A stretch of 64,000 nucleotides of DNA from Rhizophagus irregularis (taxonomy: Eukaryota): the NCBI RefSeq assembly GCF_026210795.1, contig NC_089435.1, positions 248,001 to 312,000 on the forward strand, read 5' to 3'. Below, in pieces: positions 28,436 through 42,389 of this stretch; the stretch's first letter is position 1, and every line of letters starts with the position of its first letter. A program made the position numbers and the translations under genes. Under the pieces are notes generated by a model that saw only the letters and a list, made by a program, of their open reading frames with translations, made no database searches and was not told the DNA's origin.

Positions 28436-30776
28436 TAATAAAAAAACCTCATTGTAGCAGATGCATGTCGTCTAGAACATGAACATGATGCGCCGTTTCT
28501 GCGATCATCATGTTATTAATAAAGTTAAAAAAAAAAAAAGCCTCATTGTGATATCATAAATGGTTTTCCGAATCACGATGTAACCTGTCCCTTTATAGTA
28601 ATTCCGCATAGTAAATTATACTGACAAATCACATGACTCCATATAACACTGGCATGTAATGCACGTGCTAATCCTTAAAAATTTGTATTTAAAAAAAAGT
28701 ATGAAAGGTTTATTATGAATCACAATATTTCAACCACATGGAAAAAGAAAGACCCAATATTCTTACTTAACAAAGAAAAGAATTGTTTTAACACACGCGC
28801 AGAAGCGTCAACTCTGTTTGGATTATCAAAAAATACCACGACCTATCTGTAGTACTTTTTGTACTTTTTTGTCGATTTATTATGATCGAAAATTTTTAAT
28901 AGTACTGTATCATAAATGTATTCGAAATAAAAAAATACATAAATCAAAAATTACCGACCTTCTTGTCTGTGCATAAATTAGCGAAACTTGTTCGACAGGA
29001 AAATTGACTTTCTGACGTTAGTTCATTTTACATTAGAAATTTTTAACCAATCACAATGAATTTTTTTTAACGCAAATAAAATCATATGATTCGGATTCGG
29101 TCATATAAAATCCTACATATTCCATGAATGAATTGAAGTGAATTTTTATTTACTTGTACTAATTTGAAAAACTTCAATTTATGGTTAATTAACCGATTAA
29201 GTCTTTTTAACTGTTAATGTTTTCTTCCAACATTTATTTTATAATTTAGCTGCGCCCTATAAATTCGAATTTTTAACATAATAAAAAAAAATATACATAC
29301 ATAAATTAATAAAAATTGTACGAAACATTTCTTATTATTAGTACATAATTTTAAATTGACTTTTACACTCTTTTCTCTTGTATAATTATATTCATTATAA
29401 TTATAAATTAATGGACCATCATTTCATATTGCTGAAAATATTGTAGCAAATTTATTTCTTTATTGACAAGCTTATCATATGTTCATTATATTTATTAATT
29501 TTTGATTGCATTTCTTGAATTAAATTATCAATTTTTTCATTCTCACTGGTCCAGTTTGTAAAATTATTTTTTAAATTATTTAAAAGGTACATACTTTCCA
29601 GATTTTCATTTCTGTAAACGTTGGAAATTTTTTAAAATAATATAATGTCATATGATGAACATGATGAGTGTAACAGATAACTTGCAGCAAGTTCCTTATT
29701 TGTTAACAGCCAAATTTTATTAATCTTTATAGTTTTAAATAAAAAACTATTTTATTTTATTTTATCACACGAATTATATTTATTTCAAATAAAAATACCG
29801 ATCCAAACCTAAAAGGTGAAACAAAGAAAACTTTTGGTAAAAAAAATAATGAAAAAAAAAATTAGGGGCTCAGCATAGCACGGCAGCGTCAATCCGATCA
29901 CTGATCCAAACCTAAAGGGGAAAGAACAAAAAACAAAAAGGAAAAAAAAATTTAAAATCCGGTTTAAAAAAAAAGAAAAAAATCAGATTTTAAAAACTGA
30001 AGAATGATAAACCGAAAAAAGTGATAAAAAAATACGGATTTCAAAAACCATAAGAAAAAAATTTAATTTTGGTTTAACCGTTAAAAACAACCAAAAAAAA
30101 AATTTTTTCGGTTTAATAAAAAAAATAAATAAATTCAGTTTAACCATCAAAGGAAAAACTGAAGGGAAAAAAACCAAAAAAATTTTTTTTTACTGCAACG
30201 ATGGAATCCCAATGATCAGAATCCCGTTATAACGTAAACTAAACCCGACGCTCACAATCCCGATAAATCATAATCCCGAAAATTCAAAATCTGACACTCG
30301 TTATCCCACACTTAATATCATAAATAAAAAATATATTAAAAAAAACCTAAATTTCATATTATCTTTTACTTTCTATTCTAAAAATAATGATGATGATTTT
30401 AAGGAAAAAAACAATCATATGCAAACAATTTTTTATTCCATTATTACAGTATTTACATTTCATAAAAGTAAACTACAATGACCACAATGAAAATATCATC
30501 ATAATTATAACGCCAAATTACTATACTCGTTTCCTCTATAAAGCTCTATTATATCTTTATATGCAAACCACATTTTTATTTAATATAAAGCAAAACTGAG
30601 ATCTAAAATATTTTTTTGAGATCCGTAATGCAGATCAATATCTCCGGAAAAAAATGACCCGAAAAAAATAAAATTTCCGTCAAACTTAAATTTTTTTCAG
30701 TAAATAAAAACAAGCAAATTTCAAAGACCAAAAGCGCAATATAACCCATATTAAATCATTCCTATATTTTTATCCA

Positions 30777-31520
30777 ATGGAAACAGAATTTAACAAATTA
30801 AATATATCAGATAGAGATTCCTATGTAATCAAAAATAGCCCACTTTGCAATAAACCCTTTACTGAAAAATTATGGTGTAAAGAACATAGAAAAATAAAGG
30901 ATGGAGTGGAAATCCGGATATTGATAAGTTTATAAAAGTTACGATGTATGACGAGCGTCAAAATTTCTATAAGCGCTTTCAAGGCTGGATACCATTTGAT
31001 AAAATTCAGACATAAAAGAAGTTGGTGAAGGTGGTTTGTCCAAAGTGTATTGGGCATTACTAGGTGAATCTAGAGTTCTTGCTGCGCTAAATAGATCACA
31101 GAATACAGAATACATCAGACAAATACATTATTATTATTTAAATGAAGTATGTTTCTATTATTTATTTCTAACTATTTATTTTATTTTATTGTCGTTCAAT
31201 AATAATTATTTTATTGAAATTTATTGTAAATATAGTTTAAATACACTGGGATTTTTTGTGCCAATATGGTGACGGCATATTATTTTTAATGCCGTTTGGA
31301 ATAACTAAAGACCCAGAAACTCAAGATTTTATGAGTGTTATGGATTTTGCAATTTGAGAAATTATCTGAAAACTGGATTTAACATATTTTTATGAAATCA
31401 GAAATTATTTTGGTTATCGCAATCAATAGCGAACCTACTACGATCGTTGCATAAATTAGGATATCTTCATAAAGACTTTCATAGTGGAAATATCTTACTA
31501 GATTATGGTCTTAAAAATCT
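30777..31520 (+). pseudogene. TKL-like protein kinase pseudogene (5' part)
   Basis: Fragments CNKPFTEKLWCKE, WSGNPDIDKFIK, GEGGLSKVYWA, GITKDPET and LHKDFHSGNILL; multiple frameshifts; truncated after the catalytic loop. Confidence 0.85.
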
Positions 31521-31589
31521 TGAGTTTATACAAAAAAATAAAATAACATGTAATAATTACATTTCTTCAGCCAACCAAGTACACATTTA

Positions 31590-32672
31590 TAAAATTATAT
31601 GCGAAGTGAATCTCGTATTACAACTTGAATTTTCCAAAGATCCAAATTAAAACCAGAAAACCTATGGGAGATGTATTTGGTGCAATAGGAAACCCTACAG
31701 GAAGTCTATTTACTGGAACCCCATTAAATAATTCCAGTCCAGGAATATTCATTTGGTAATCTGGAAGATTGGCCGCATTGCAAGGAGAAAAGTTATTATT
31801 ATTGTTATTAGGATCAGGGCGTCCAACACCAATAAAACTACCGAGAGGAACACCCATTTTATTAATAATATAGTTTATGGTACTTGTATTAGGTTCTGCT
31901 GTCCCAAAAGAAATGATACTAGTTGGAATCAGCGGGGTTGTGCTTGTATGAAGGTACAATGCAGCAATCAGTGCAATAATACTAGTGTTCGTAATAATGT
32001 CTCTACAATCTCCAAATATCTATGGTTCAAGCATATTTACGAAAAGAAAAAGGTTTGATGGCTAACACAATCTGGATTGTGGTTTGTGAACCAAAGTAGA
32101 GAGCGGTTGTTCTATGAAGGTCAGGAAGACTCTGAGAAAAACCAACTTCAACCATCATTGTTGGATATACTATATCATTTTTATCTGCACCCAGACCTCA
32201 GGAGATGTATTGATCGAACCCAACCATCAGATTCCCTTGCAGTGTTTTGACCCAGAATCGTGGTTGCATCAGTACCATACATGAAATTCTCATCATTCCA
32301 TTAATACTGTAATACGTCTAATTGCTGCTGAATGAACAAAGGAAGGTACTTCATATATTTTGATATTCCTGTTATGTAGATACATGCGAACTGAAGAAAT
32401 CATATTATTTTCACGATATTGATATTGGAGATATGTCTAAGAGACAATAATTATTTCCCTTGATTCTGTGTATTCTTCTTCCTTTTCTTTCCCTTCTTCT
32501 CGGGCTTTTTGGAATGTGAGCAATTTTTCTCTTGCTAATTAATAGCCGTAGAGGATAAGTGAAGCCTTTTCACTCGTGTAGAGTCTGAAATTACAGCACT
32601 AGTTAATATACTTTAAAACTGGTAAATTCCTATAATCTTACCATCTGTATCATTGTGAGAACTCGAGGTCAT
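31590..32672 (-). pseudogene. Uma2-like (PD-(D/E)XK restriction-endonuclease-fold) protein pseudogene
   Basis: Minus strand reads IKIYEVPSFVHSAA...ARESDGWVR...YPTMMVEVGFSQSLPDLH...IQIVLAIK...IISFGT. Contains stops and frameshifts; family assigned by motif resemblance only. Confidence 0.6.
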
Positions 32673-33039
32673 AATTTATGTATTTTAAGAGTGATATTTT
32701 AAGAAGAGATTTAGGATATTTATAAGAACGATTGTCGCACAGATTTAGTAATCATCACATGATACCAAACATAATCAATTACTTAGTAAATATATTGTTT
32801 TTGGACGATGCATCATACTGTGTTGTTTTTGATTAAGGAGATGGTGCATACTGTATCGTTTTTGATTATTACAAAAAAAATTGTCATTGTTATTAGTGTG
32901 ATGTAAGATTGTCATGATTTTTCGCAATCAAGATTTTATTAATTATTAGTCACTATGTATTCGAAAAAAAGTATTTATATACCCTCAATACCTTACCCCT
33001 TTTTTTTCATCGTCTTTTTTTTTCGTCAACTAACTACAC

Positions 33040-34140
33040 AATATATACTTTCATTTTCGAGGTCCATCTTCTCTCAGCCAAGACTTCTCTTTATAAAATC
33101 TTCTTTTAGACCCTTTTCTTCACGTCTTCCTTTAGGTATGTGGGTTGGAGTGTGGGAGGGTGTGGGAGGGTGTGGGAGTGCGGGTTGGGAGTGTGGGAGT
33201 GTGGGAGTGTGAAAGTGTGGGAGTGCGGGTTGGGAGTGTGGAAGTGGGAGTGTGGGAGTGTGAAAGTATGGATTTGTGTGTGGGTTTGTGTATGTGGTGT
33301 TTCATTTTATTTTTTTTCGTCATCTTTTTTTTAGGTTTATTTCTCTCTGTCTAGGTCTTTTCTTTATTAGATCTTCTTTTAGGCCCTTTTTCTTTACATC
33401 TCTCTTTAGGTATGTGGGTTGGGAGTGTGGGTGGTGTGGTGTGGGAGTGTGGGTTGGGAGTGTGGGTTGGGAGTGCGAGTGGGTGTGGGAGTGTGAGAGT
33501 GTGGTGTGGGAGTGTGAGTTTGGAGTGCGGAGTGTGAGAGTGTGGTGTGGGAGTGCGGGTTGGGAGTGTGGGAGTGTGGGTTGGGGGTGCGGGTGGGTGT
33601 GGGGAGTGCGGGTTGGGAGTGTGGAAGTGGGAGTGTAGGAGTGTGAAAGTATGGATTTGTGTGTGGGTTTGTGTATGTGGTGTTTCATTTTTTTTTTTTC
33701 ATCATCTTTTTTTTAGGTTTATCTTCTCTCTGCCTAGGTCTTCACTTTATTAGATCTTCCTTTAGACCCTTTTTCTTTACGTCTCTCTTTAGGTATGTGG
33801 GTTGGGAGTGTGGGTGGTGTGGGAGTGCGTGGGTGCGGGTTGGGAGTGTGGGTGTGGGAGTGTGGGTGGGTGTGAGGAGTGCGGGTTGGAAGTGTGGGAG
33901 TGTGGGTGGGTGTGAGGAGTGCGGTTGGAAGTGGGAGTGTGGGAGTGTGGGTCGGGAGTGGGTGGGTGTGGGTGTGGATTGGGAGTGTAGGTGGTTGGGA
34001 GTGTAGTGTGGGAGTGTGGAGTGTGTGTGGCTTATTTTTTTTCGTATTCCTTTTTTTTAGGTCTATCTTCTCTCCATCTAGGTTTTCTCTTTATTAGGTC
34101 TTTTTTCTTTTAGGCCTTTTTCTTTACATCTTCCTTTCAT
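33040..34140 (+). repeat. Compound repeat: four pyrimidine-rich ~100-bp blocks separated by (GTGGGAGT)-type G-rich tracts
   Basis: Seen directly; the overlapping ORFs here are low-complexity artefacts. Confidence 0.9.
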
Positions 34141-37100
34141 ACAATTCTGTATTGCCCAGTACCTTAAATTACCGATCCATAAGATAAAGCATAAATCAAT
34201 TTATAATATTTTTTTCTTTCTTGAACATTATCTGACGGTATTTTTAGTTTATAGGCACATATAATTAATTTTACTATTTTATCATCTTTTTTTTGCTTTA
34301 CTGATATAAAATTTAATGTTTAAATATCTGATTTTATGAATTTTGAAAAATAACAACTAATATGTTTTATGACTTTTAAATTTTTAATTGAACGTCAATT
34401 TTGTAATTACTATTTATTGATATTGTTTCGTTAATACTTATAAAGAAAATTTGAATGAGTAATTATTGGATGAATTTTGGACTTTGAAAATCTTTTAACA
34501 AAATGTTTACGAATTAATAATGTTGTATAGCTTGCTTTATTAATACTCGCGCAAGATCTTTTATAACGCTCGCACAAAATCTTTTTTAGTTAAAACGAGC
34601 AGGCAATTGTATTTGGAGATCTAATAAACTTATAATTTACAGATTTCATTATATTGTCTCCAAGTTCTTAATGACACCTTCAGTAAAATCACCTTCAAGT
34701 TCAATTTTAAACAATATTAACTCCCCAAAAATTCAGATTATCTATCAGGAATGTGCAATCTAAAAGCAACTTTTTGTCATTAGCAATAATTATTCTGAGT
34801 GTAGTACTATAAATGTTAACCTGCAAAACATAATTAGATTCATATTTCTGTAAAGTATAATTCAATTATTTTCGCGTATTTCACTTCTTTAATAACAATT
34901 TTTAAAACAATGTTAAAGCTTTTATTTATAATTTTCTTTCTTTTAGTAATATCTACATCTTAAAACTTCAATAGTGATTTTTTGTTTTTTTTAAAAAAAA
35001 AGAGCTGTGACGCCATTATTCCAAGTTTCCAATTCAATCGGGTCGGGTCAAACCTGTAACCCGACTCAAAACTTTGAAAATCTCATATTTCTTTTTTACA
35101 ACTCCTTACGATCCATTACGATCCATTATACGAAACATGACGCTAATATTAAACATTTTTACGTGACATTCAATACAAAATGACGCAAAAAATCAAAAAA
35201 TATGTAAAATAAAATATTGCTTGCTCTTGGCCAGTTATAAACATACAACTGTTACTCCTGAACACCACGTAGAGGTGGCAAGCTTCGTTCAAGGAAAAAG
35301 AAACCACTTACCTGTAATCTTAATACAACCAGTTTATAATTAATAGGATTAAAAAAAAACAATAATATTTGGGTTATTAAGAACAAAAATTGAGCAGAGA
35401 CGTTCGGACATATAGATATATAATATAATAACTTTCACAACCTGACAAATTCTATATGAAAACTGTGTTTTTTTAGTTATGTTCTGGCCCCAGATACAAC
35501 TACTTATGCACACATGCATTAAAAACAAGAAAGAAAATTATAAAAGAAAATTATTTACGTAAAAATCAAAACAAATAAAACAAATAATGCACATGTGCAT
35601 CAGAACAAGAAAGAAATTATTTTTGTAAAAATCAAAAATAAGCTTTCTCATTCCCCCATCTAATTATTTGGTTTACATATATACACAATACGTACTATGT
35701 ACATACATACATAAAATACGTACGTATATATACGTAATGTGGGAAAGTCGTTCGAGCAATAAACACAGGTTTCTCTACTCAATTTTATTAAAAAATTTGT
35801 TTATGTATGGCTTTAACTTTTTTAAAGTTTTTAGCGTGGAGTTGGTCGTACCTACGGTTTAAAATGAGGTGTGGAGTTGGTTGTACCTTACCTATTACCA
35901 TACATAACAAGAAAAAAAATAAAATAGAAAGGCGAGAAGAATAAGAAAGGAGAGAGGAGTTAAAGAGAATAAGAGAAAAAAGTGGCTATTTTATATTTTA
36001 ATCATGTATCACTTAACCATGATGAGTCATATTATAAACATGTGAACTCCGTAGTATAAAAAATAGATATTTAATCGTAAACATGTGTTTGCAATAATTT
36101 TTCACGTAATCTTGTATATGACGTCAAATTTATATACTATTTCAGTATTTACTGTGGGCGTTATATCATTACATCATTACATCATTAACCACGATCTCAT
36201 ATTCATTAAAGCAATCTAAACTTTGGCTATATTCAAATAAAATGGCCACAAGTAGAGAAATCGTTCAAATAAACAAGTTAACGATCCATTAGATAAAGTG
36301 CGGAATAGGCTAGTAATGTTATCCTTTTGGTTATAAAATTTATGACAAATTAAAATTTTTATCATTTTAAATATTGGGAATCTCTTCCTCAATGAATTAC
36401 TTTATTATATAATAATCATTATATTTGTAATTAATGATTTTATTATAGAAGTTGCGATAAAAGTAATTTTTAAACATCTTAAGTATAAAATTTTTAAATG
36501 ATTATTATGATTATTGAATTTAGTTTGAATTAGTTTTCCAGTTATCATATCATAATTTTATTTTGGATGCGTTTTTAGGTCTATTCTTTATCAATAGACA
36601 CTTCTTCTTCGATAGCAGATGGTTCTTTACTGATAAGAGTACTTTTATATTTCTTAAAACGTATTTTATTTGCTTTTCTAATTGGAACCAGTGTTTATAT
36701 GAATTATATATACCCATTTTGTTACTGTTTTGTATATTAAGAAACAAAATATATTAAAATCATTAATACGACCTTAATAAACATAATATAAATACTTGCC
36801 TGGTACGACTAGAAAATTTACTAGTTAATGAAAACTTTGTAGACATACTGTAGTACATAAAAACTAATTTTTACTAAAATGGTTGAGTAAGAAGTTGTTG
36901 TTTGATTTGGGCATCTAAAAAATATGAACTATCTTTTATATGTGAATTTTTATAAATATTATGCTTAATCAAATTTTCGATCAACAAAAGTCAAATAGCC
37001 ACATTATTTCATTGTGTTTTGTTTTTCTTATTAAAATAGCAGGCAAACTATTCCTTTATGTATGGGATTAGGTTGTAACGAGGCTATATAGTATAGATAT

Positions 37101-37899
37101 ACACTTTTGTTCTTGTCTATATAAGATAAACAGGTTTGACCAATCTTATTCTCGATTAGAAAAATAGGTGTCCTTTTTTTTTAAAAAAAGTATTAACTAA
37201 TCTGACATCCCATATTTTTTTTCACCGAGGTGCCACACGTGGTGCAGGAATGTTGAGTCGTTTGGCCCTATCAGAAAAATGATCACGTTTCTGAGTGAGT
37301 TTCTTCGGAATAAAAACTAGAAAAAATGATCATTTATCGGAGTGAGTTTTTTCCAGAATTTTTTTTTTATAGGGGAGTGCTTATCAAGTATGAAATAAAA
37401 TTAACAAACAAAGGTTCTAAGCAAATATAGAACGATCGACTAATATTTATCACGTGATTAATATTTATTTTTATTACTATAGGTACTACGAAATGTAAAA
37501 ATAAATAATACTAATATGGTAGATTGTTTCACCTATTTTTGATTTAATAGTAAATTATTAAAAATTAAGTGGCTCTGTTGCCAAATCATATTAAAATAAG
37601 CCTAAAAAAGACCAAAAAGAATTGAATGACTGCATAATACTGTATAAATCATAAATGACATAGTTTAACTGTTAATTTATTTGAGATAATATATTTTAAT
37701 TTTTTTGTAGTTTAGAGTCGCGGTTAACTAAAATGGTAGGTGTCAAATTGTGGAGCTAAAGCATGTACTGTTACATTGGGATTTCATTCTAAATAGTTAC
37801 ATTTTCTATAACCAAGAATTCGGATAATTCATTATTTGATAATTTTATAAATACGTACTATATAATAGTATATATAAATGAGGCTTGTATATAATCTTA

Positions 37900-38275
37900 G
37901 TTCATTGATTTTTGGAGAGTAGGTTGAATATTCATATTATCAAAAGATTTTGTTGAATGATAATTTGTTGATAGTTCAGGCTTAGGAAATTTATTCTGAA
38001 GCGCAGGAATTTGTAATAATTATCTTGATTCATATACCCTATAAAAAATTTTATCCGTTATTTCTGTAAAAACTCCGTAAAAATGAGCCTTGTAAATAAT
38101 TCGATAAATTCCGTGATATAAGGTTATTAATTCCGGAAATATGAGCCTTTTATGGAAAAAAGACGGAATATAAAAAACGGATCGACTTTTTTTACAGGGA
38201 TAACGTTTGGAGGTATCTCAGAGTTATTTTTAGTTTGACCTATTGATAAATTAAAAAATCTTGTTGTAGCATGTT
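37900..38275 (-). pseudogene. Antisense relic of the Gln-rich repeat gene family, split by a MITE
   Basis: Reverse complement has AATTTATCAATAGGTCAAACT, CCTGCGCTTCAGAAT and CAACAAAATCTTTTGATAATATGAATATTCAACCT. Confidence 0.55.
38037..38199. mobile_element. CCC...GGG MITE with 3-bp TSD
   Basis: ccctataaaaaattttatccg ... cggatcgactttttttacaggg; TSD ata. Confidence 0.85.
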
Positions 38276-39285
38276 TCAATTGTTTCAATTGTTTCATGAT
38301 TTTTTTTGTGAATTTTAAAATATGAGAGAATTTTTTCGAAAGAAACTTCGTTCCGAATTTCCGAATGGCAAAGTAGATAGGATAAAAGTATGACGTAGAA
38401 CCGATGATTAGTTACATCTTTTTTCCTTATATATCAAGAAAATATCACACAACATGATTAAGTAACTAAAAGAGCGGATTGTGAACCTTTTTTTTGTTTT
38501 TCACGTTTTACCAAGATTATCAAATTTGTAATAATAAATAGGATTACTTGTACGGCACAAAGTAAGAACAAATGTAATAACAATCAATGATCATTATGTT
38601 ATAACAATCGTCTGTACACGCCTTTAAATATATTATGCACCGTATCTGTTTTAAAAAGGATCGTTATTTGATATACTAATAAGGTTATGAAAGAGGTCCG
38701 AATGCTTAACGAAAGTAATAATGTACAGTACGTACAAATCGTTATTGATCATATTCGACGAAGATTTAACTATCCATAAACTAAAAACAGCAAATTAATG
38801 AATTTAACAGTTACTTTTAATGGTAAGATATTTAAGGAAATTTTGTATCATATGGGATCACTTGATGATCGACATTCCGATGTCAAATCCACTTCTTCGA
38901 TGTAATGATTAATTGTTTATGACAATCAACTATCATACTTAAATAACTACCAATTCAACTCAATGAAACAATTAAACTTGGCTGGGTTAATCACGATATA
39001 CTTTGTTACGTGAAAATATGAAAATATCATATGATATTAAATAATTTACCTGCAACTAATTAATTGTAATTTTACATAGGTGATCAACTTTATACGTTAC
39101 GCAAACAAAATAAAAGTGAAAAAGAAACCCACCCCAAATATAAATAAATACATGACCCCATTCTTTTCTTTTTTAAAAAAAATTTGAAATTCTCATAAAT
39201 ATACATTATAAACTAACGGTATTTTAAAAATTGTTAGAAACTGAATTCAGATAACCGTGTCACACAAGGTTATTCTAATTTACCA

Positions 39286-40207
39286 ATGAATCAAACTAAC
39301 TTCGGCATACCTTCAATTATTGACAATAATAATAAAAACTTTCAATACGCTTCAAACTCTGATCCGAATTCAGATACTTCGAATATTAATAACATTAATA
39401 CAACTGCTCCTGCACTTCAAAATTTTACATATGAATTTTATCTTCCTTTACCAAATGATACACGTATTTATCATGTTACTTATACCGAATTAAATTTAAT
39501 AGAAATCGCGCTACTCTTGAATAATAGAATTGATTTATCTCACATTCCCAACCATCGACTTCCGTACCATTATAATGTACAACGTTTAATTAGGCAAGAA
39601 ATTATTCAACAATCTGTTGGCTATCAACAAAACACCATCCCATGACAATCTTTTGATACTATTGATATTCAACCAATTTTCCAAGAGCATCCAGACGACA
39701 ATGCTTACGATGTATCTTCAATTCCTTTTATTCAACAATCTCTCGAATATCAACAAGAAGCCGTCCCACAACAATCTTTTGATAATATAAAATTTGAATT
39801 TTATCTTCCTTTACCAAATGATGTATATATCTATCATGTTACTTATACCGAATTAAATTTAACAGAAATCACGCAACTCTTAAATAATAGAATTGATTTA
39901 TCCTACATTCCTGATCATCGAATCCCATATCATTATAATGTACAACATTTAATTTGGCAACAAATTGTTCGACAACCTGAACCTAATTTTCAAGAATATT
40001 CAGATAATAGTGCTTACGATATATCTCCCATTCAACAACCTGTTGATTATCAACAAGATACCACCTACAACAATCTTTCGATGTTATATAGATATTCAAC
40101 CACTTTTCCAAGAATATTCAAATAATAATACTAACGATGCATCTTCAGTTCCTCCAAACAGTCCTGAAGATGGATACAATGGAGTTCAATCACATCAAAA
40201 TAACTAA
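39286..40207 (+). pseudogene. Gln-rich repeat gene, copy 3 (original start altered, stop at 39643, later frameshifts)
   Basis: Two EFYLPLPND..YHVTYTELN blocks and the family C-terminus PPNSPEDGYNGVQSHQNN. Confidence 0.75.
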
Positions 40208-40349
40208 GTCTAAACCTAAATTATCATTAATTTAAAGTATTAAGATATATGTCATTATATGATTTAAGAAAGATAATTATACATTACAATTTAACATTTC
40301 ATGTTAATATAAATTCAGAATTTATATGTTTCACTTAATAAGCTTTTTA

Positions 40350-42010
40350 TTATATTTATGTTTTTTTTTGATATCGCCTGGGTTTTTTTTTCAAATATGT
40401 CACATGATGTACAATATATAGAGTAAATTTATTAATCGGCTGACGGTTGATTTTTTAACTTAGCTAATTTTTGATCGGTTAAACTTAAAAATTTTATCGC
40501 AAAAAGATATTTAAAAAAAATTTTTTTGCAAACATATTTATTCAAAATAATCGTATCTAATGATATTTTATTTACAAATATTAAAATTTAAGTCACACAT
40601 TTACGATTTTAAAGAAAAAAATCACCGTATTTATTTTTTTAATGAAGTGATATAAATAAAAGAATTAATAACAATAAATAAAAAAGATAAACCGTAAATT
40701 GGTATCCAATCAAAATCTCGACAATCACTTGCACGACTAACACAAGATCGACAACAAAATCTCGACAATCCAAAATCTCGGCAATCCAAAATCCTGACAA
40801 GTCATTATATCGACAATTTTATGATGTGTGTTTCTAATAAAATAATTTTTGCAATATGTAATATTTAGTTTAAATGTGTTATGATTTTGTCGGAATTTTG
40901 ACTTGTCAGGATTTTGACTTGTCAAGATATTGGATTGTCGAGATTTTGTTGTCGGTCTTGTATCAGTCGCTCAAATGATTTTCGAGATTTCGTACCAAAA
41001 CCAAGTAAATTACAATGATCAAGGAGAAAGATGCTAATAAAAAAAATGAAATAGCAATGGTGTAATGGAAAGTAATAGAAGATGAAAGGGAGTAAAAAAG
41101 AGTAATGAGAAGTAATAGGAAACAAAAAAAAGAAATAGGACATGGTGAGAGATGAAAAGGAGTGGCGAGAGACGAAAAGAAGTGATGAGAGACGGAGAGG
41201 AGTGATGGGAGATGAAAAGGAGCGATAAAAGAAGTGATGGGAGACGAAAAGGGAGACGAAAAGGAGGGATGGGAGACGAAATAAGTGTTGGGAAGATGAA
41301 GAGGAGTGATGAGATACGAAAAGGTGCGATGGGAGACGAAAAGAAGTGATGGGAAGATGAAAAGAAGTGATGGGTGACGAAGAGGAGTGATGGGAGACGA
41401 GAAGGAGTGATAAGAGACAAAAAGAAATGATGGTAAGTAAACAGGAGAGAAAAAGAGATAATGGAAAATGAAAAGATGCAATAGAAAATAATGGGAGACG
41501 AAAACTCCCCACTCTCGCTGTGCAATGAAAGTGTCCAGACAAACCGGCATCAAATGACGCCATTCGAACCAAAAGAAATAAAACGAAAAACAAAAAAGAC
41601 AAAGGAAAAAGAAAAGGATGATGAAAAATGATGAGAGACAAAAGTAAAGAAATGATCATGATAGGAGGTTGGGTAATAATAGGAAACCAAGTAAAAAATA
41701 AAATCATAAAGTAAAAAAAATGAAGTTAGTAAGAAATGAAATATAAGATAGAAACGAAATAAAAAAGAATAAATAAAAATATTTTTATTAATTGTAGAAC
41801 CGAAAAAACTAAAATACCAAAAGAAAAAAATGAAATAAAATTAGTAAACCCAAATATGAAAGAGAAACAAATAAAAAAGAATAAAAAAAATGAGTAAGTA
41901 ACGAAACGTAAAGTGAAAAACAACTGAACCTTAATTGCAGAACCGGAAGGACTAAAGGACCTAAAAATAATGAAATAGAGTTAGTAAGACTACAATTGCT
42001 ACATCATTTT
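40350..42010. mobile_element. Unclassified insertion, probably a non-autonomous transposon, containing an inverted-motif cluster and a purine-rich minisatellite
   Basis: Absent from the paralogous cassettes. aaaatctcgacaa/ttgtcgagatttt motifs at 40710-40990; (gatgggagacgaaaagaagt)n at about 41140-41500. Ends approximate. Confidence 0.5.
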
Positions 42011-42389
42011 GAAAACGATAATAATCTATTTTAAGAATAATTTACTATTTGAGATTAGACGAACATCTATTTACTACCTTTATTTTCATTTGATAGATGA
42101 TGGAATCTTATAAGCTCAAAATAATTAGATAATTCGTTTCACTTCAATAGGTTTATATTTTCAGTGGATATATAAACGTGGTTCTTGTCATACTTCAGGA
42201 TTATTATAATTGCTTTTTTTTTATAATATAAAATAAGTGCTCTCCTTTCTTTAAATTCTATATCTAAGTTTCCTGTAAAAAAAAAAAAAAAAAAAAAAAA
42301 ATTCCTTCGAATATTAAAAATACGAAAAACAAAGATTCTTATTCTGAAAATTACAACGTTACAGTCGTTACATTAAAATTTCCTTTTAT

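Noticed and set aside
33136..34030. Interstitial telomere or chromosome end
   Set aside because: The motif is irregular GTGGGAGT rather than TTAGGG and is interleaved with other repeated blocks.
32955..34097. Many overlapping ORFs on both strands
   Set aside because: Products of the low-complexity GT-rich repeat; no domain content.
34150..37000. Possible further exon remnants (also about 4780-5170, 29400-29720 and 51100-51900)
   Set aside because: Too degraded to assign a frame or family by eye.
40922..41923. Phe/Ser/Leu-rich ORFs resembling membrane proteins
   Set aside because: Translation of a purine-rich minisatellite that is open in several frames; artefact.
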